64,000 bases of DNA from Octopus vulgaris (GCA_951406725.2 OX597816.1:171244001-171308000), one strand, 5' to 3'. Shown: positions 38,268 through 53,407, counted from the first letter of the stretch. A program made the numbers and translations. Notes: generated by a model not told the origin, from the sequence alone.

Positions 38268-40853
38268 ACAAAGGACAAAAATCATTCAAATCAGCTACTG
38301 TAACTAAATTTCACACTGACAACAATTGAAGAATGTTTCTGACTGGTCAACATAAAAACTTCGAGGCAATTACATATATAAATGAATAAAACAGAATTCT
38401 AAAAGGAAGAGTATAATCACAAACTATTTCAGGATCAGTCATCAACAAACAACCTCTTTAGCACTTCAAATGACATTTTAGTTTTATTGCAAGTTTTCTC
38501 ATGGTTAGGAACTAAGAGGTTAATGCAAAATAGATAAACAGCAAGTTAACACAGTTCTGATTCGAATTCAGAACCCCTAAATTACTAAGTTGTGTTGCAT
38601 AAAATACATAATCAACAAAGTTTAAACTCTGGCATCTTCACCATTTTTAGGAATCCAAGTCCTGTATTATGAACTGGAAGAACTTATTTCTCAGTGGAGT
38701 TTACATACACACACACACAAGGGTACAAATCTTCAACCTCTAAATTTCAGAGACAATCGTACAGATTAGATTCTCTGACAAGCTATTCATCCATGGGAGA
38801 AATTGAGGCAATTAGAGTGGTATTTAGAGTTAGTGAAAAAAGGTAATATTAAATTCTAAAGAACCTACAGCTCATTTTCAATAGTTCAACTTTTGTAGTG
38901 AATGTGTTTTGCCATTTTCTTTGCCTCTTTTCATTTGGTTACTCAGCAGTAATGTAGTTAAAAATCCATATATTTTTTTAGCGAAATGTAGTTCCATAAA
39001 TGCCTTCCTTTTCAATAATACAGATACCACATTATAAATAATAAGAAGGAAAATAAAATCCCTTTGACAGTAAAATTTCTTTAAATTTATTGAATTTTCC
39101 ATACAGATATTTGGAACACATCAAATGAAAGGACAGACAGACAGATATTCTCTTTTTAGAATAAATGTGATAAAAATATTAGTTTTAAAATATTTTCTTT
39201 TGAAAATTTCATAAGAATCTAGCCAAGGAGAAATTAGATTGCAGAAATTATAAGTTTACATATTAAGGAAAGTATCACAGTTAGAGATGTGTACAGGTGT
39301 GGAAAATAAAATATTCAACAGAAATATGATGCAACTAAAAATCATGATATTTAACATGCTCGTACAAGAACCAAAAAAGAAAAGAACAACTAGAACAAAA
39401 GAAAGATCCTAACAGTAAAGAATACTATTAGAAAATACATACAATTCATGCTAAGCAACAAAGAATTCAACACATTTGGAGACATTCTATGTATGTGATA
39501 AAACAAAAACAAAACAAAACAAGGAACAGATTATGAACAATATCAAAAACACATTAAAAATATCTATGTGTTTACAGCAATTCTGCTGTTGACAAATTTT
39601 GATTTTAATACCAAGTCATGAGGATTATTATTTTCAATAGAAATATATGAGCTAAGCTGAAACACTACAGATAGAGAGGAAATACTTTCTAAAACTCAGT
39701 CAGCTATTGTGGATAAGGTCATGAAACGGCAATATATCAAACTGCTTACTTGACTTCCAACAAGACACCTCAATGAAATCAGCACAAAAGAATGAAATTA
39801 CTGAAATACATGCATGCATACATACATATACATCCACTCAAGTACATATACATTCATATGCATATGTATACAAACAAGAGAAAAGAACACTTAAAGCACA
39901 TTGTAGATATGTGTTAACAGTTTGTGACTTAAATCTGCATTAGTTTTATAGATCTAAAATCATGTCCGTAGATCAGATGCTGTAGTAAGGCAACAAATTC
40001 TAATGAAGGCTAATTGTCATTAGGTGATATAGAAAGCTTCTTCTAATTGATTTTGATCTCCTGAGGGAGTCGAGTTGTATGGTATTGTAGCAGCTGCTGG
40101 TGGTCAACTCTGATGTGCAAGATAAGACTAGTTTCCTTTGCGTTTAATGGAAATTCAGTGAAAATCATGAAACAGTGCTATAAGTAATGGCTTAAAATTA
40201 GCTAAGAGAGAACTCAATTGATGACAGCAGTACGAAAGTTGATTTTTCTTGTCAAAGGATACAGTGGGCTGTTTGAATATGCAATATTTCTCAAAGACGC
40301 ACAGACAAAAAATACGTCCTCTAGGCAAATGCAGAGGGTAGAGTGAGACATTTCAATTGTGTGTGAGGTTATGCTAACCAACTACTGACTTTGTTTTTCT
40401 GAGAAGTTACACATACTGAAGCATCCATTAATAGACACAAACACACCTACAAGTGTGTGTGTGTGTATGTATGTACATGCATGTGTGTCAGTGCGAGTGT
40501 ATGTGTGCATGCATATGCATGTGTGTGTATCAGTGTGTGTGAGAGAGAAAGAGTCGGTGCATGTGTGTGTCAGCGTGTGTGAGTATTACAACAGCCAAGC
40601 AGAAGGCTTACTGATGGATGGAGTGTTCAAAATCCACTGTATCCTCTCCATTGTTTTTATGTCAGGACAAAAACCCATTACTCTATACAGCTACCTACTG
40701 GTCAAAAGTTTCTGGGGAATATATCTAAGATATTTTTTAGTGAGATTTATTCAATACCATATATTTCTTATATATTCATTTCATGCTATGAAACTGGAAT
40801 TAATTACCAGATTTCAAATTCTTCGCAAGACTTAGGAGATAATTATATTTAAA

Positions 40854-41733
40854 TAGGTCATCCCATGAATAATGCAGTGTTTTTATACTTCTTTTATTTT
40901 TCAAAATTAAAACAAAGTTCGTTTTAATCTAAAATATCCTCTCCATTTTCTACAATGCTCTTCCATCTATTGGGTAGACTTCCAAGGCCCCTCTTCCAAA
41001 ATTCACTTGTCCATAACAAAAAATACTCCTCCAGTACTGTTCTGACCTCATCTACAGAATTCATATATGATAATCAGATGAGACAATGTCCAGCAAATAA
41101 GGTGAGTGGAGCATCATTTCTGAATCAAACTGCTCCAACCTTTGGAATGTCATCCTCACCGTATGTGGCTGAGTATTAAACTCAGAAAGTTTGTGAGGAA
41201 CCCATTGACCTAATTTGCTGACTTTTCTGATGGCACACAGTTGTCAATGAATGGTTGAATGACCAAATTCAAGCTTATCTGTTAGTTCCTCAACAGTTAC
41301 GATGGGATTTTGTTCCACCGGGATTTGCAGGATGTCCTCATTGAGCTCTAGAAATCTTCCAGGACAAGGTTCATCTTTTAAGCTGTGGTTGCCAGCTCAG
41401 AATTTCTAGAACCACCGTTGACACTGGCTTGCACTTATTGTCCAGTCCCCATATACTGCATTAATATTCCTCACACTTTCTGTTGCATTTTTGCCTTTAT
41501 TGAACTCATAAAGCAAAATATGCCGAATATGCTCCTTTGTCACTTCCATTATAGCTTTGGAAAAATAACTGTTAAAATCGAAATGCACTCTTTCAAAACT
41601 TGCACTAAGAATAAGGATATGGTAAAATTACTACCTGCTTATATAGCAAGTTGATGCAAGTAGCTTATCTGATCCACCTCCAACTTTTAGTTCATGCAAT
41701 TGAAAAAACCGCATTATTTATGGGGTAACCCAA
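40854..41733 (-). mobile_element. Internally deleted mariner, same family as 1-1030
   Basis: Both TIRs present (TAGGTCATCCCATGAATAATGC / GCATTATTTATGGGGTAACCCAA); N-terminus MEVTKEHIRHILLYEFNKGKNATESVRNINAVYGDWTISASQCQRWF. Confidence 0.9.
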
Positions 41734-43773
41734 AAGAGGAAACAAAACAAATGTGGACTCTGCAAGCTTCAGCAAAGGCAACTCATTTCGGAGGTCAGTA
41801 ACTCTGAATTATAACTGCTATGGGGGCTTTTTAGATGCAGCCAGATAACTCCTCTAGTGCCAATGACATGACAAAAAGTATTTGTTTATACTGTAAAACT
41901 AAATCAACTAGCTATTAAAAAACCATGCCTATAAAAGATGTTAGACAACATAAATTGGCAATTTTCAATTTATAGTTTATGTCAGATAACTGCAACAGAT
42001 CAATTGTAACCATGCTAGCATGGATAGGAGGACATAAAATAATGATATTGATAATAAATTCATAGAAATACAGATGAATATGTATTCATAGACATAGATA
42101 GATATGCTCTCATGTAAAAATCAATCCTCCAATGCAAGCTAGATCAAATTTATGTGAAACAACAAAAATTACATACACATTGAGAGAGAGAGAGAGATGA
42201 GTGGAAAGAGTAATACACGGGAAGAGAGAAATAAAGAAAAAGAGAGAAATTATAATACTTCAGAAAAACTTTAGTTACTTTGTAAAGTGCTAGCTGAGTT
42301 TAAATTTAAGAACACGGAACAGATATACCAGATAAAATTTGTATTGACTTGCGCATAAAGATTTGTTTACACATACAGGTATATTAGTAGAAAAAAAAAA
42401 GCCAAGTGTAAGAGTTATATGTTCTTAATTAACGGAAACTTCTCATTAATGGTCCCCTTCCATACACACTTATCCAATATGTCACGATAGACAAGTTGAT
42501 AGGGTACAGGAACTAAGCTGATACATTCTTTATTTCTGTGGGGTAGGTGCCATTTTCCTTAAAGAGGAAGGAAAGAATTTTAAAAATTGAAATTTTAGAA
42601 TAATCGTTTTTCAGAATTTGTTGTATTGAGAGGGTCATAATGCCAATCATGAACACAAGCACTGGCTCCATTTCACTTCTTTTATTATTATTAGCCAACT
42701 AGTTAACCATATAAAAAAAATTACCTAACCCATTGCTTGGTTAATTGCTTGGTCAATCAATCAATTAGCTAGGTTTGTCTTTTCCTCATCATTTGTGACT
42801 TCAGCAATAGCAGGTCCTCACTATTCCAGGTCTGTCTGCCTCCTAGTTTTCAGATTTCGATACATATCTATAGAGATGTGAGTGATAATGTTCAAAAGTG
42901 TGTGTGAAAACACACACGTGCATCTTTGTGCATATAGTGTAGATTCTGTGAGCAAGCACATGGGATTAAGTGTGTGTACATGTGTGCATGTATGCACAGA
43001 TGTACACATATGTATGATGAAGATTCTGTGAAAGGTTTAAGTAGTTAAACAGTTATGCTGCTTTCTTTCTATGGTTAATGTCTTGGTCTTTGTAAATTCT
43101 TTGTGAATAAACTATTAAATGCCCGATGTCAGTGTGTGTGTGTGTGTGCATGTATAGACATTCAAGTTCAGTCACTTTATCATTTTTACTTTATTATGGG
43201 GAAGATCATAAAACAATTTTATGATTCTCTTCATCTTTCATTTTAATGCGTTGAGAGAAAGAACTTATCTACAAACATACCATACGCCACACATACATAT
43301 AAAAGCAAGGAAACACACACAAAATACAGGCACACACCACATGCGTATTAATCTGTAGGCCTATAATTTATGGATTGGAGGAGCCAGTTTCAGCTTGCTG
43401 TTGCATCTGATTGACACTGCCAACAGACCAATGTAATGTTAAGATGCATATGCATGGTGGCATGCATCAGCAATACTGAGGTATGCATATATATGCAGGT
43501 TTCCATATGGTTCAGTAATTTTTGTTTCTTGCCAGACAGGAGATGGGGTGCAGTCGTGGCATTTTACCTGTATTTTTCTTTTCACACACCTGTCGTAATG
43601 CTGCATCACATGGGTGTACTGATATGATTTTAATATCTATGTTATTCAATATGTCCTCATGCTTGTCTTTGGCATGCTAATAGCAATCGAATAAAGATTT
43701 TCTATCACTATATTCTTCTCAGTACTCTTCCATTGCCTCAACAAGCTCATGGCAGTTTCTCTTATATATGCTA

Positions 43774-44545
43774 TACTCTTTTACTTGTTTCAGTCATTTG
43801 ACTGCAGCCATGCTGGAGCACCGCCTTTTTTCTAGTCGAGCAAATCGACCCCGGGACTTATTCTTTGTAAGCCCAGTACTTATTCTATCGGTCTCTTTTG
43901 CCGAACCGCTAAGTGACGGGGACGTAAACACACCAGCATCGGTTGTCAAGCAATGCTAGGGGGACAAACACAGACACACAAACACACACATACATATATA
44001 TATATATGAAATCGATCAATGGAAATTGCAGATGTGTTACCAGTGCCGGTGGCATGTAAGAGAACCTTCCGTTTCACGACCGTTGCCAGGACTGCCCCGT
44101 TTCGTGTCCGTTGCCAGCCTCGCCTGGCCCTCGTGCCGGTGGCACATAAAAAGCACCATCCGTTCGTGGCCGTTTGCCAGCTCTGTCTGGCACCTGTGCG
44201 GGTGGCACATAAAAAGCACCCACTACACTCTCGGAGTGGTTGGCATTAGGAAGGGCATCCAGCCGTAGAAACACTGCCAGATTTGACTGGGCCTGATGAA
44301 GCCTTCTGGCTTCACAAACCCCAGTAGAACCGTCCAACCCATGCTAGCATGGAAAACAGACGCTAAACGATGATGATGATGATGATATATACGACAGGCT
44401 TCTTTCAGTTTCCGTCTACCAAATCCACTCACAAGGCATTGGTTGGCCCGGGGCTATAGTAGAAGACACTTGCCCAAGATGCCACGCAGTGGGACTGAAC
44501 CCGGAACCATGTGGTTGGTTAGCAAGCTACTTACCACACAGCCAC
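43774..44545 (-). mobile_element. SINE family A interrupted by a nested family E copy
   Basis: Family A 3' half 43774-44006 and 5' half 44386-44545 flank the insertion. Confidence 0.9.
44007..44385 (+). mobile_element. Family E element inserted in the (TA)n tract of a family A SINE
   Basis: Reverse complement of 33965-34340; ends in (gat)n. Confidence 0.9.
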
Positions 44546-45526
44546 TTTTCCTCTCCATATATTTAACTGGTACAACATGTTTTTTGTCTGGCAGTTGATT
44601 TTGCAGTTCATGTTACACACAATACAATTCTTATTGGTGCATATGGTCCTACCAAAAGGATATTCTAACTTGCTTTTTTTGTTTTTTTTTAGATTATGGC
44701 TGCTATTTCAAGCAGGTCAAGTGACCACATCAAACCTGCTGTTTCAACAGGCATTTATGCAAGCACAGCAGATAGCCATAGGACAGCTTCATTTACAAGA
44801 CTGAAGTAATTGAAAAAATTGTTTTCCAGAGATTTGGCTCAACTTTCAAGTATGCCTATAGCAACCATATTGAAGCCTATTTCATTTCAACTCCTCATTC
44901 AACAAGCATCGACAGACATGGAAATGAGTGGTCAAGTTTTAAAATCTGGAATGTTGATAGGAGGTGAAGTGGACATCTTGAAAACCGAAAGTGCGATAAA
45001 GGATGTTAACATAATTCAAATTTTGAATAAGCTACTTTTCAGAATTATCTCCATATTTTACTTCATGGATACTAAAAAAAAGTTTCAAAAATACAAAACT
45101 ATATTTTTCTCATTAGGATCTTTTATTCAAGTGTAACTATAAGAAAAATCAAAGAAATGAAAAGTATATCACTCAGAAGTTGCATCCATTCTTTACTCTC
45201 CCGTCTTTGTACACACATTTTACTGTAACATTTTTTAACCCTATCAATCATATAGTGTAATATTTGAATATATAGGGGAGCTCTGGCCCTTTAGTCACAA
45301 ATTGGGTTAGCATAGAACTGGATACAAAAACGTAAATGCTGACTTAAAAAATATTATTCACTGCCTACAGTGGTTGAATAATATATACATTATACATAGT
45401 ATGTGTGTATATATGTATTTATGTACATATTTTGATAGCACATGACAACAGTTTCCAAAAAATATAAAATAAAATATTAATAAATTTTTTAATGTAAAAT
45501 AGCAATATTTATTAAGTCATCTATAA

Positions 45527-45859
45527 GGAGCACTGTTCGTTACGACGACGAGGGTCCCAGCTGATACGATCAACGGAACAGCTTGCTCGTGAAATTAACG
45601 TGCAAGTGGCTGAGCATTCCACAGACACGTGTACCCTTAACGTAGTTCGCAAGGAGATTCAGCGTGACACAGAGTGTGACAAGGCTGGCCCTTTGAAATA
45701 CAAGTACTACTCATTTTTGCCAGCTGAGTGGACTGGAGCAACATGAAATAAAGTGTCTTGCTCAAGGATACAACGCGTCGCCGAGAATCGAACTCACAAC
45801 CTTACGATCACGAGTCGAATGCCCTAACCACTAAGCCACGCGCCCTAACTCTTAGTGAG
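45527..45859 (-). mobile_element. SINE with family C-type head/core and tail 2
   Basis: 14-bp TSD taagtcatctataa (45513-45526 / 45860-45873); tail matches ~60843-61010. Confidence 0.9.
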
Positions 45860-46727
45860 TAAGTCATCTATAATGAATAACAAAAATACAAATTCCCAAC
45901 CACAACTGATTCCATAATTCTTCCATAATTTTTCTTGCGCAGAGTTTTGTATTTACTCAGTAGCAAAAAGATTCAGCTCTCAAAAACCCCTTTTCACTTA
46001 TCTGTCCAACCATAACAAGTGCATATCTACCTGCTTCAAATGGTGGTTAACACTGTTCAATTTATAACACCCTCTACAGAATAAATCTGCACAGTAGTGT
46101 ATGTCTGTCATTCCTATATGAGATAAAATCAGACAAACTTGCTTACATTTATTTTAAAAGAAGTTATGAACTTTCTAATCTAAGGGACAAAAGTCCAAAC
46201 ACTTCCTCTCTCATCTATATTCTGTAATGTTTATTATCAACATCAATACATAGGTTGCTGAATTTTTATGAGTCTTTTTGAATTTATGAATAATGAAAAA
46301 CATTACATTACACATGAAAGTAAATTTTATTGTATGCCCAATTACCACAATACACAGAGGCCTGCCAAAACAGTAACATCACCCTCCATCTAATTACATA
46401 GAATCCTGACTTCAGCCAGCAAATGGTGTGAAACTGAGGTCAACCACACAAGTTTACAAACAGATCAGATTCAAAACAACCTCCCCCTCACTTCCCATTG
46501 AACTGTAACCAAGAAACAATTAACTGTATCCAGTCCACTTGGAAACTAGCTAAAGGACAGACCCTCAACGAAGTGCACAGAAAATTATGCTCAGTTGCAT
46601 GTACAACTGCCTGTTGTCTGTGCAGTGGAAACATGTATAGGTCGTAATAACCATAAAAATATGCTGCATGAAAGTGTAAAATAAAAAATCAAATTTGAGA
46701 ATGAACAAGTCTCCATATTCAATTTCT

Positions 46728-47330
<603 letters not shown>

Positions 47331-48699
47331 ATATACATCATCATCATCATCAGCGTTTAACGTCCGTTTTCTGCGCTAGCACGGGTTGGACGTACATACA
47401 TGAACATATGTATATTTAAAGAAAGCTGTTTAACTGACACAGATCAGTCAGCTTAAAATACATACAAAAGTATTACATACTTTTTTGGATTAGAGACTCA
47501 GTTCTTAAAAATTTCACCAACATGCTTTAATTTCATTCATAAGAAACTTTTAATAACTTCAGCAATTAAAACGAATATGATATCCAAATGAATTATTCTA
47601 ATAACAAGAAAATGGAGTTACAAAAACTTTAGGAAAACAAAGCAGAAAATTAATGATGAAAAATACAAAATTTCATTCATGCTATATTTTATTAAGTATT
47701 TCTATTGAAAATTGCAGCAAAGAAGCTCTAAAGAACAGAGAATTGTATCCTATAGAAAGGAAACAATACTTCAAACGCAGGATAGAAAATGTCAATATTA
47801 GAAGGACACAATATTACATTTCCACTTTCAATAATGTCAAGCATAAAGCAAGTTTCTGTATTGTTGTATGCAAGTATGTGTGCATGTGTGTTTTCCAGTG
47901 TTACCATGGGTTAAGAAATTCTAAAAGTATAGAAACATATACACAAGTATACACACACACATGCACACAAGCACGTACACACACGCACAAATAAGATTCA
48001 AGTTACAAGATAAGATTTTTCTTCTGGTGGCCAGCTTATGAGATGCGACGATCAAGATACCAAAAATTTATCAAAAGCTCAGCAGGAAACCAATTTTAGA
48101 AATATAAGAAAATAACAAAGCACTTTTTAAAATAATCCTCATATGTTAAAATATAAGTTCAATCTATTCAATAACATTTCTCTACAAAAAAAGACAAACA
48201 ACAACGAATGATGTTCATTGAAATTTGTTTCGGAGCTAAAACAGATTTATTACCTAAATTATGGTTGTTTAGATGAATCAATAATATCAGATCAAACTAT
48301 TTAAAACAAAACAAAATTTATAACCTAATCATTCATTGCTTTCATATAAGCTTTTCAATAATTAATTGCATTAATTTCTAACTTCATAAATCATTATCAT
48401 ATGCCTTCCACTGCCTAATTCATTTGGATAATTTCAATTTTCTTTTTTTGTCATTTACCAGATTTAGTGATAGCATATATATGCATATGATGTGTGTGTG
48501 TGTGCATGCTCATATGACTGTGATCATGTACGTGCATATGAGTAAGTAAGATAGCGTGTGACAAAGAAAATATAAACACACAAACACGTTTATATACATG
48601 TATACACAAACAGCAAGAGAATACATATACATGAACATCTATGAGTGCGTAAAAAACATATTTGCATGTATGTATATACATGTGTATGCATATATCTAC

Positions 48700-48734
48700 C
48701 TATCTTTCAACACACACACACACACACATATATA

Positions 48735-48771
<37 letters not shown>

Positions 48772-48787
48772 ATGTATATATATATAT

Positions 48788-48848
<61 letters not shown>

Positions 48849-48945
48849 TTCAAAGACATGATAGGAAATACATATATTCAAAAATATAGACTTCTATGCA
48901 TACACATGATACTCAGGTATGTATACGTACATATATATGTACACA

Positions 48946-48991
<46 letters not shown>

Positions 48992-49096
48992 TACCTAGAA
49001 ACACACTAATAAACATCAACATATAAACATCAAGATATACATATATATTATCTATATATATACATTTAAAGATATACATATATATATACATACATT

Positions 49097-49127
<31 letters not shown>

Positions 49128-49250
49128 ATATGTGTGTGTGTATGTGTGTGTGAGTGTGTGTGTGTGTGTGTATGCGTGTGTATATATATATATATATCTA
49201 TATATCTGTGTGTGTGTATGCGTGTGTATATATATATATATCTATATATC

Positions 49251-49319
<69 letters not shown>

Positions 49320-49325
49320 ATACTT
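48700..49325. repeat. Compound TA/TG microsatellite region
   Basis: Directly visible. Confidence 0.9.
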
Positions 49326-49329
49326 ATAA

Positions 49330-49925
49330 ATAAATAAATGGAGTTAAACACAGGTGTTATTCAAATTCTTTTACTTCTGACACATGTTTCGAAGATATCA
49401 CTGGTATTATTCCAAAGGAATAAAATGGTGTAAAGCAATTTAATCTTCTCTTCAGGGAAGTGAAGAAATGAAACTCGTCAATAAGACATTTTAACAGAAT
49501 ATGATGGATGTGTATAGTGATTAACTGAACGCTATGAATATTGTTTCAAAAAAACGTTATATGATATGACGTCAGAGGTAGCCTATAGAAAGAGGAGGGA
49601 TAAAGTAAGGAAAAACTAAATAAATGAGAAGTATATGACTACATGTAAATTAAATAAAACCATATAGACTAGGAAAAATATATATCTAGTGAATGTGAAA
49701 TGTAAAAAAATTAATGTTTAAATTATATATAAAAATAGCTATCACTTATATGAACTAAAGGTGTGTTTCTGCCAATGTTTACATTGGTATGCATGCTCTA
49801 TAACTGTGTTTCCAAAGGAATTTTTAGAAAAAAGAATAAAAAATAGTTCAGAATTACAGAAGACAGAATTCCTTGCCTTTATCATAAGGTATCGAAATTG
49901 AGAGAATCAACCAATCTAAATATAG
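49330..49925 (-). mobile_element. 3' fragment of a Penelope-like retroelement (endonuclease C-terminus + 3' region with hammerhead)
   Basis: Minus 49925-49742 reads YLDWLILSISIPYDKGKEFCL/CNSELFFILFSKNSFGNTVIEHAYQCKHWQKHTFSSYK* (one frameshift), matching the W.IL....PY....C.LC..E...I...N...E....C.H..K pattern of Penelope-like GIY-YIG C-termini. Confidence 0.75.
49366..49467 (-). ncRNA. Minimal type I hammerhead ribozyme motif of Penelope-like type
   Basis: Minus strand ACUUCC-CUGAAGA-GAAGAU...AUCUUC-GAAA-C-AUGU-GUC-AGAAGU: both core boxes, 6-bp stem II, palindromic ACAUGU stem III, GUC triplet; one mismatch at the base of stem I. Confidence 0.75.
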
Positions 49926-49964
49926 ACTCTTATGCATACACATGATACTCAATAAACAATTTAA

Positions 49965-50344
49965 TTTAGATTAAATGCCTGCCCTCACATCGCCAATATG
50001 ACCAAGGAAGCCATTCAAACACATGGCTGGAAAGTGCTGCCACACCCGCCGTACTCTCCTGATTTGGCACCAATGGATTTCCACCTCTTTTCGATCTCTT
50101 TCAAATGCTATGTGCAGAGTTTCGTTCAATACTGATGCAGAATTGAGAGCTAGGTTGGATCAATTTTTCCAGTCAAAATCGGGTGATTTCTACCGATGAG
50201 GTATTGAAAATCGTGTTGAACATCGGGAAGAAGTTGTAAACAAGAAGGGTGAATACATCATTGATTAATTAGTTGTTATTTTTTATTAAACCTTTTAAAA
50301 AATTTAAAATTAAAAAAGACAGCAGGAACTTAGTTGCCAACCCA

Positions 50345-50347
<3 letters not shown>
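49965..50347 (+). mobile_element. Mariner 3' fragment, third subfamily
   Basis: PHIANMTKEAIQTHGWKVLPHPPYSPDLAPMDFHLF...KGEYIID*; terminal ggaacttagttgccaacccaa. Confidence 0.88.
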
Positions 50348-50375
<28 letters not shown>

Positions 50376-50394
50376 TGCTTATACATATACGAGT

Positions 50395-50670
50395 TCTTTT
50401 TTTACTAGTATCAGTCATCAGACTGCAGCCATGCTGGTGCACCAGCTTGAACCTTAGTACTTTAGTTTTTTAAGCCTGGTACATATTGTATCAGTTTCTT
50501 TTGATGAACCTCTAAGTTACAGGTACATAAACACACCAACTGCAGTTGTCAAATAGTGGTCGGACACACACACACACACACACATATATACATACATACA
50601 TACAACAGGTTTCTTTCAGTTTCCATCTATCAAATTCATTCACAAAGCTTTGGTTGGTCTGAAGCTACAG
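50395..50670 (-). mobile_element. Old diverged SINE family A copy
   Basis: cagtcatcagactgcagccatgctgg...tttcagtttccatctatcaaattcattcacaaagctttgg. Confidence 0.7.
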
Positions 50671-51764
50671 TAATCACTAACTTAAACAAGGAAACCATCC
50701 AGAAGAGTTACAGGTGATTTCGAAGTTGTCTGCAGGCCAATGGTGATTTTGTTAAATAAATTTACTCTTTAGTATTTCAAGATATTTTACGTAATTTTGG
50801 TAAATATATCTGTTAAAATGAGATGTCAGTGTTATTTTCATTTTTGTGTAATTTAGATGAGAGTTCATTCACCACACCTTGTATATACACAAACATATAC
50901 CTATATACATATACATCTACATATATGATATGATGTATGACTTCTTGTTGTCACTCTTATATCTGAACTGTTATAATATCAAACGTTCCTGATATTCTCT
51001 TATTACTCTCCAACTGTGTATCTTCAAGAAGTACTCCATGATATCTCTATTCAATAATTCCTACTACCTGTACACTATGACTGCACATATGACACTCCTC
51101 TCAGACTGCTCTGCGCATGCTCATTTATACTAACTAATATAGTTCACTTAGCCAATTACAGGGATATACAGATTTCCCAAACCACAATATAAGTGTAAAG
51201 ATATATGAAGTTGTTAAGAATTTAGAAACTCTGAGAGAACGTAAAATAATTCATTTTGAACATTTGAACTGAAAGTGGAAATGCTATCAGTAGCAACATG
51301 TAAATATTGGGTTTAAAAAAAAAACCATTAGAAACAGGCAGTCTTAAATTTTTGCTCTTCAAAGCATGTTTTTTTTTACCCTATATTTACACATTATTCA
51401 TAACTTGTTTACTTCTAGTTCAACTGCTAAAAACAGATATTACACACGCACATAGACATCCCTATAGTTTCTCTCTTCCAAATTTCACTATAAAGGCATT
51501 AGATCCTCTGAGATTATAGTCAACATTTGTCTGATATGCTATGCAGTGTGGTCAAGCCCTTAAGAGCTTGGCTGTGAAAGAAACTTAACTACACAAATAC
51601 ACCTGCATCAACATATAAAAATTATCATCATTTTATGTTACGTTTTCCATAGACAGGATCTTATGGCTCAGAGGACCACACCTCACTCCAATGATTAATT
51701 TTTTGATCAGGTTCCTACAGCTTAATGCCCTTCAAAGCAAAAATGAGTGATCACGACAGTAAAC

Positions 51765-51928
51765 TGCTGTAATTGACTTTCATTGACCTGCAGAAAGCCT
51801 TACACAGGGTCCCCTCACTCTAAAATCTGCTGGTCACTATAGAAGCTAGGAGTAGATGAGTGGATGATGAGGGCCATCCAAGCCATGTACAGCAGTCCTG
51901 TCAATAAGGTTAAAAGTTAGTAATGAGA
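51765..51928 (+). pseudogene. RTE reverse-transcriptase fragment
   Basis: TFIDLQKALHRVP...KLGVDEWMMRAIQAMYSSPVNKV resembles the F.DLEKAFDRVP...KLGV.E.....I..MY RT motif. Confidence 0.75.
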
Positions 51929-51929
51929 A

Positions 51930-52158
51930 GAACTCTTTAGCATTTAAACCGGCCACATCCGGCCAAAAGTATTCTGCCTGTTTTATGTTCAAACTGGCCA
52001 CATTCAGCCTCTCACACCAACCCTACAATATCGTTTTAAAAATTAACAATTACCTCATCAGACTCTCAAAGCTACAAGATAATGCATGATGAATTCAAAA
52101 CAAGGTGGATGAAAAAGAATCAATTTTGGCAGAATAATGCGAACACTAAAGGGTTAAA
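51930..52158. mobile_element. piggyBac-type MITE family 2
   Basis: Collinear with 16833-17062; ends AAAGGGTTAA. Confidence 0.85.
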
Positions 52159-53407
52159 ATGCCAATCCCTCCTTCACAGCTTCTATTTTCTCAGTTGTTT
52201 TAATTGCATGAGAGCAGCATACTACCAGTTATCCTTCTGCTTAGAACCACTTCCCTTGCCCCTCATCCTGCAGTTTCAGCATCATCCATTACTACTTTTA
52301 TTTCCACTGAACAACCTTTGGCTCTGAAAGACTCTCTGCTATCGACACCAGCCCCACTTTTCGTCTCTTTATACCATGCCCTCAGTGAATCTCACCTCTG
52401 TTTCTGTCACTGTTAGAAAGGGGCTACATTCCATGTTAGTTGACCTTTGATAGAACTTGGATGGTAACATCTCTTTAAGAGGATTTGATATTCTTAATGT
52501 AATTATATATACAAACATATATATATACCTTTTTCTTTTGAGGCCCCATTTCTTCAATCAAAATTCATGATTTACGACCTTTTATTCATAACTATATTTT
52601 ACTTTATTCTATCTAAAATTCAATATTTCACATTTTCCTAAAGACTGTATTTAGGTAGGAACGTTTGAGGTACAATGTAATATTTTTACAAGAACTTTTG
52701 AAGATACAATGTATTACCATTTTATTTTTTGAAATTTTCAGTTATAGTTTAATTCTTGTTCAACATCTTAACCAAAGTAAATAGATGACTCATCTGTGTA
52801 CTCACCAACAGTTCATATCATCTGCCTATTTCTTATCTATCTATGGTTTTATCATACCATTGCTCCTCCCTGATCTGACCCGCTCCTATATTTCTCACCC
52901 TCGCCCAAACTGGACCAACTATGGCCCACATCTCCAGGTCCCCCATTCACTGCAATCACTTCTATTCTTATCTCTTTACACCTTCGCAGGCCTATCAGCC
53001 CATCCTCACTTCTCTGTCCATATTCTCTCTCTTTTCACATTCTTGTACCATGAGAATCTGTCCTAATACTTCATCTTTACCATTCTTTCTGCCATTCCTG
53101 CACTTTCTCTCTCTCTATCCTCCATGAAGTATAGGAACCACTTTACACCATTCACATGTAGTAAGTTACTCATGCTGGAACCATGAAAAAAGCACTCGTA
53201 TACTCTGTAAAGTGGTTGGCATTACAAAAGACATCCAACCATAGAAACTATGTCAAAGTTGACACAGGAGCATGGCAGTCTCCTCACTCACCAGATCCTT
53301 CCAAACAGTCCAGCCAATGCCAATAGGGAGCCGGATGTTCAATGATGAGATACACACACACAACATTTATATATGCACATGTATATACACACATACATAC
53401 ACACACA

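Noticed and set aside
43561-43625. Possible 51-nt phase-1 exon (LHPCDAALRQVCEKKNT)
   Set aside because: Acceptor has no polypyrimidine tract; no supporting homology.
44577-45136. Plus-strand ORFs of 75 and 108 aa
   Set aside because: No recognisable domain or splice structure; the minus-strand frame examined has stops.
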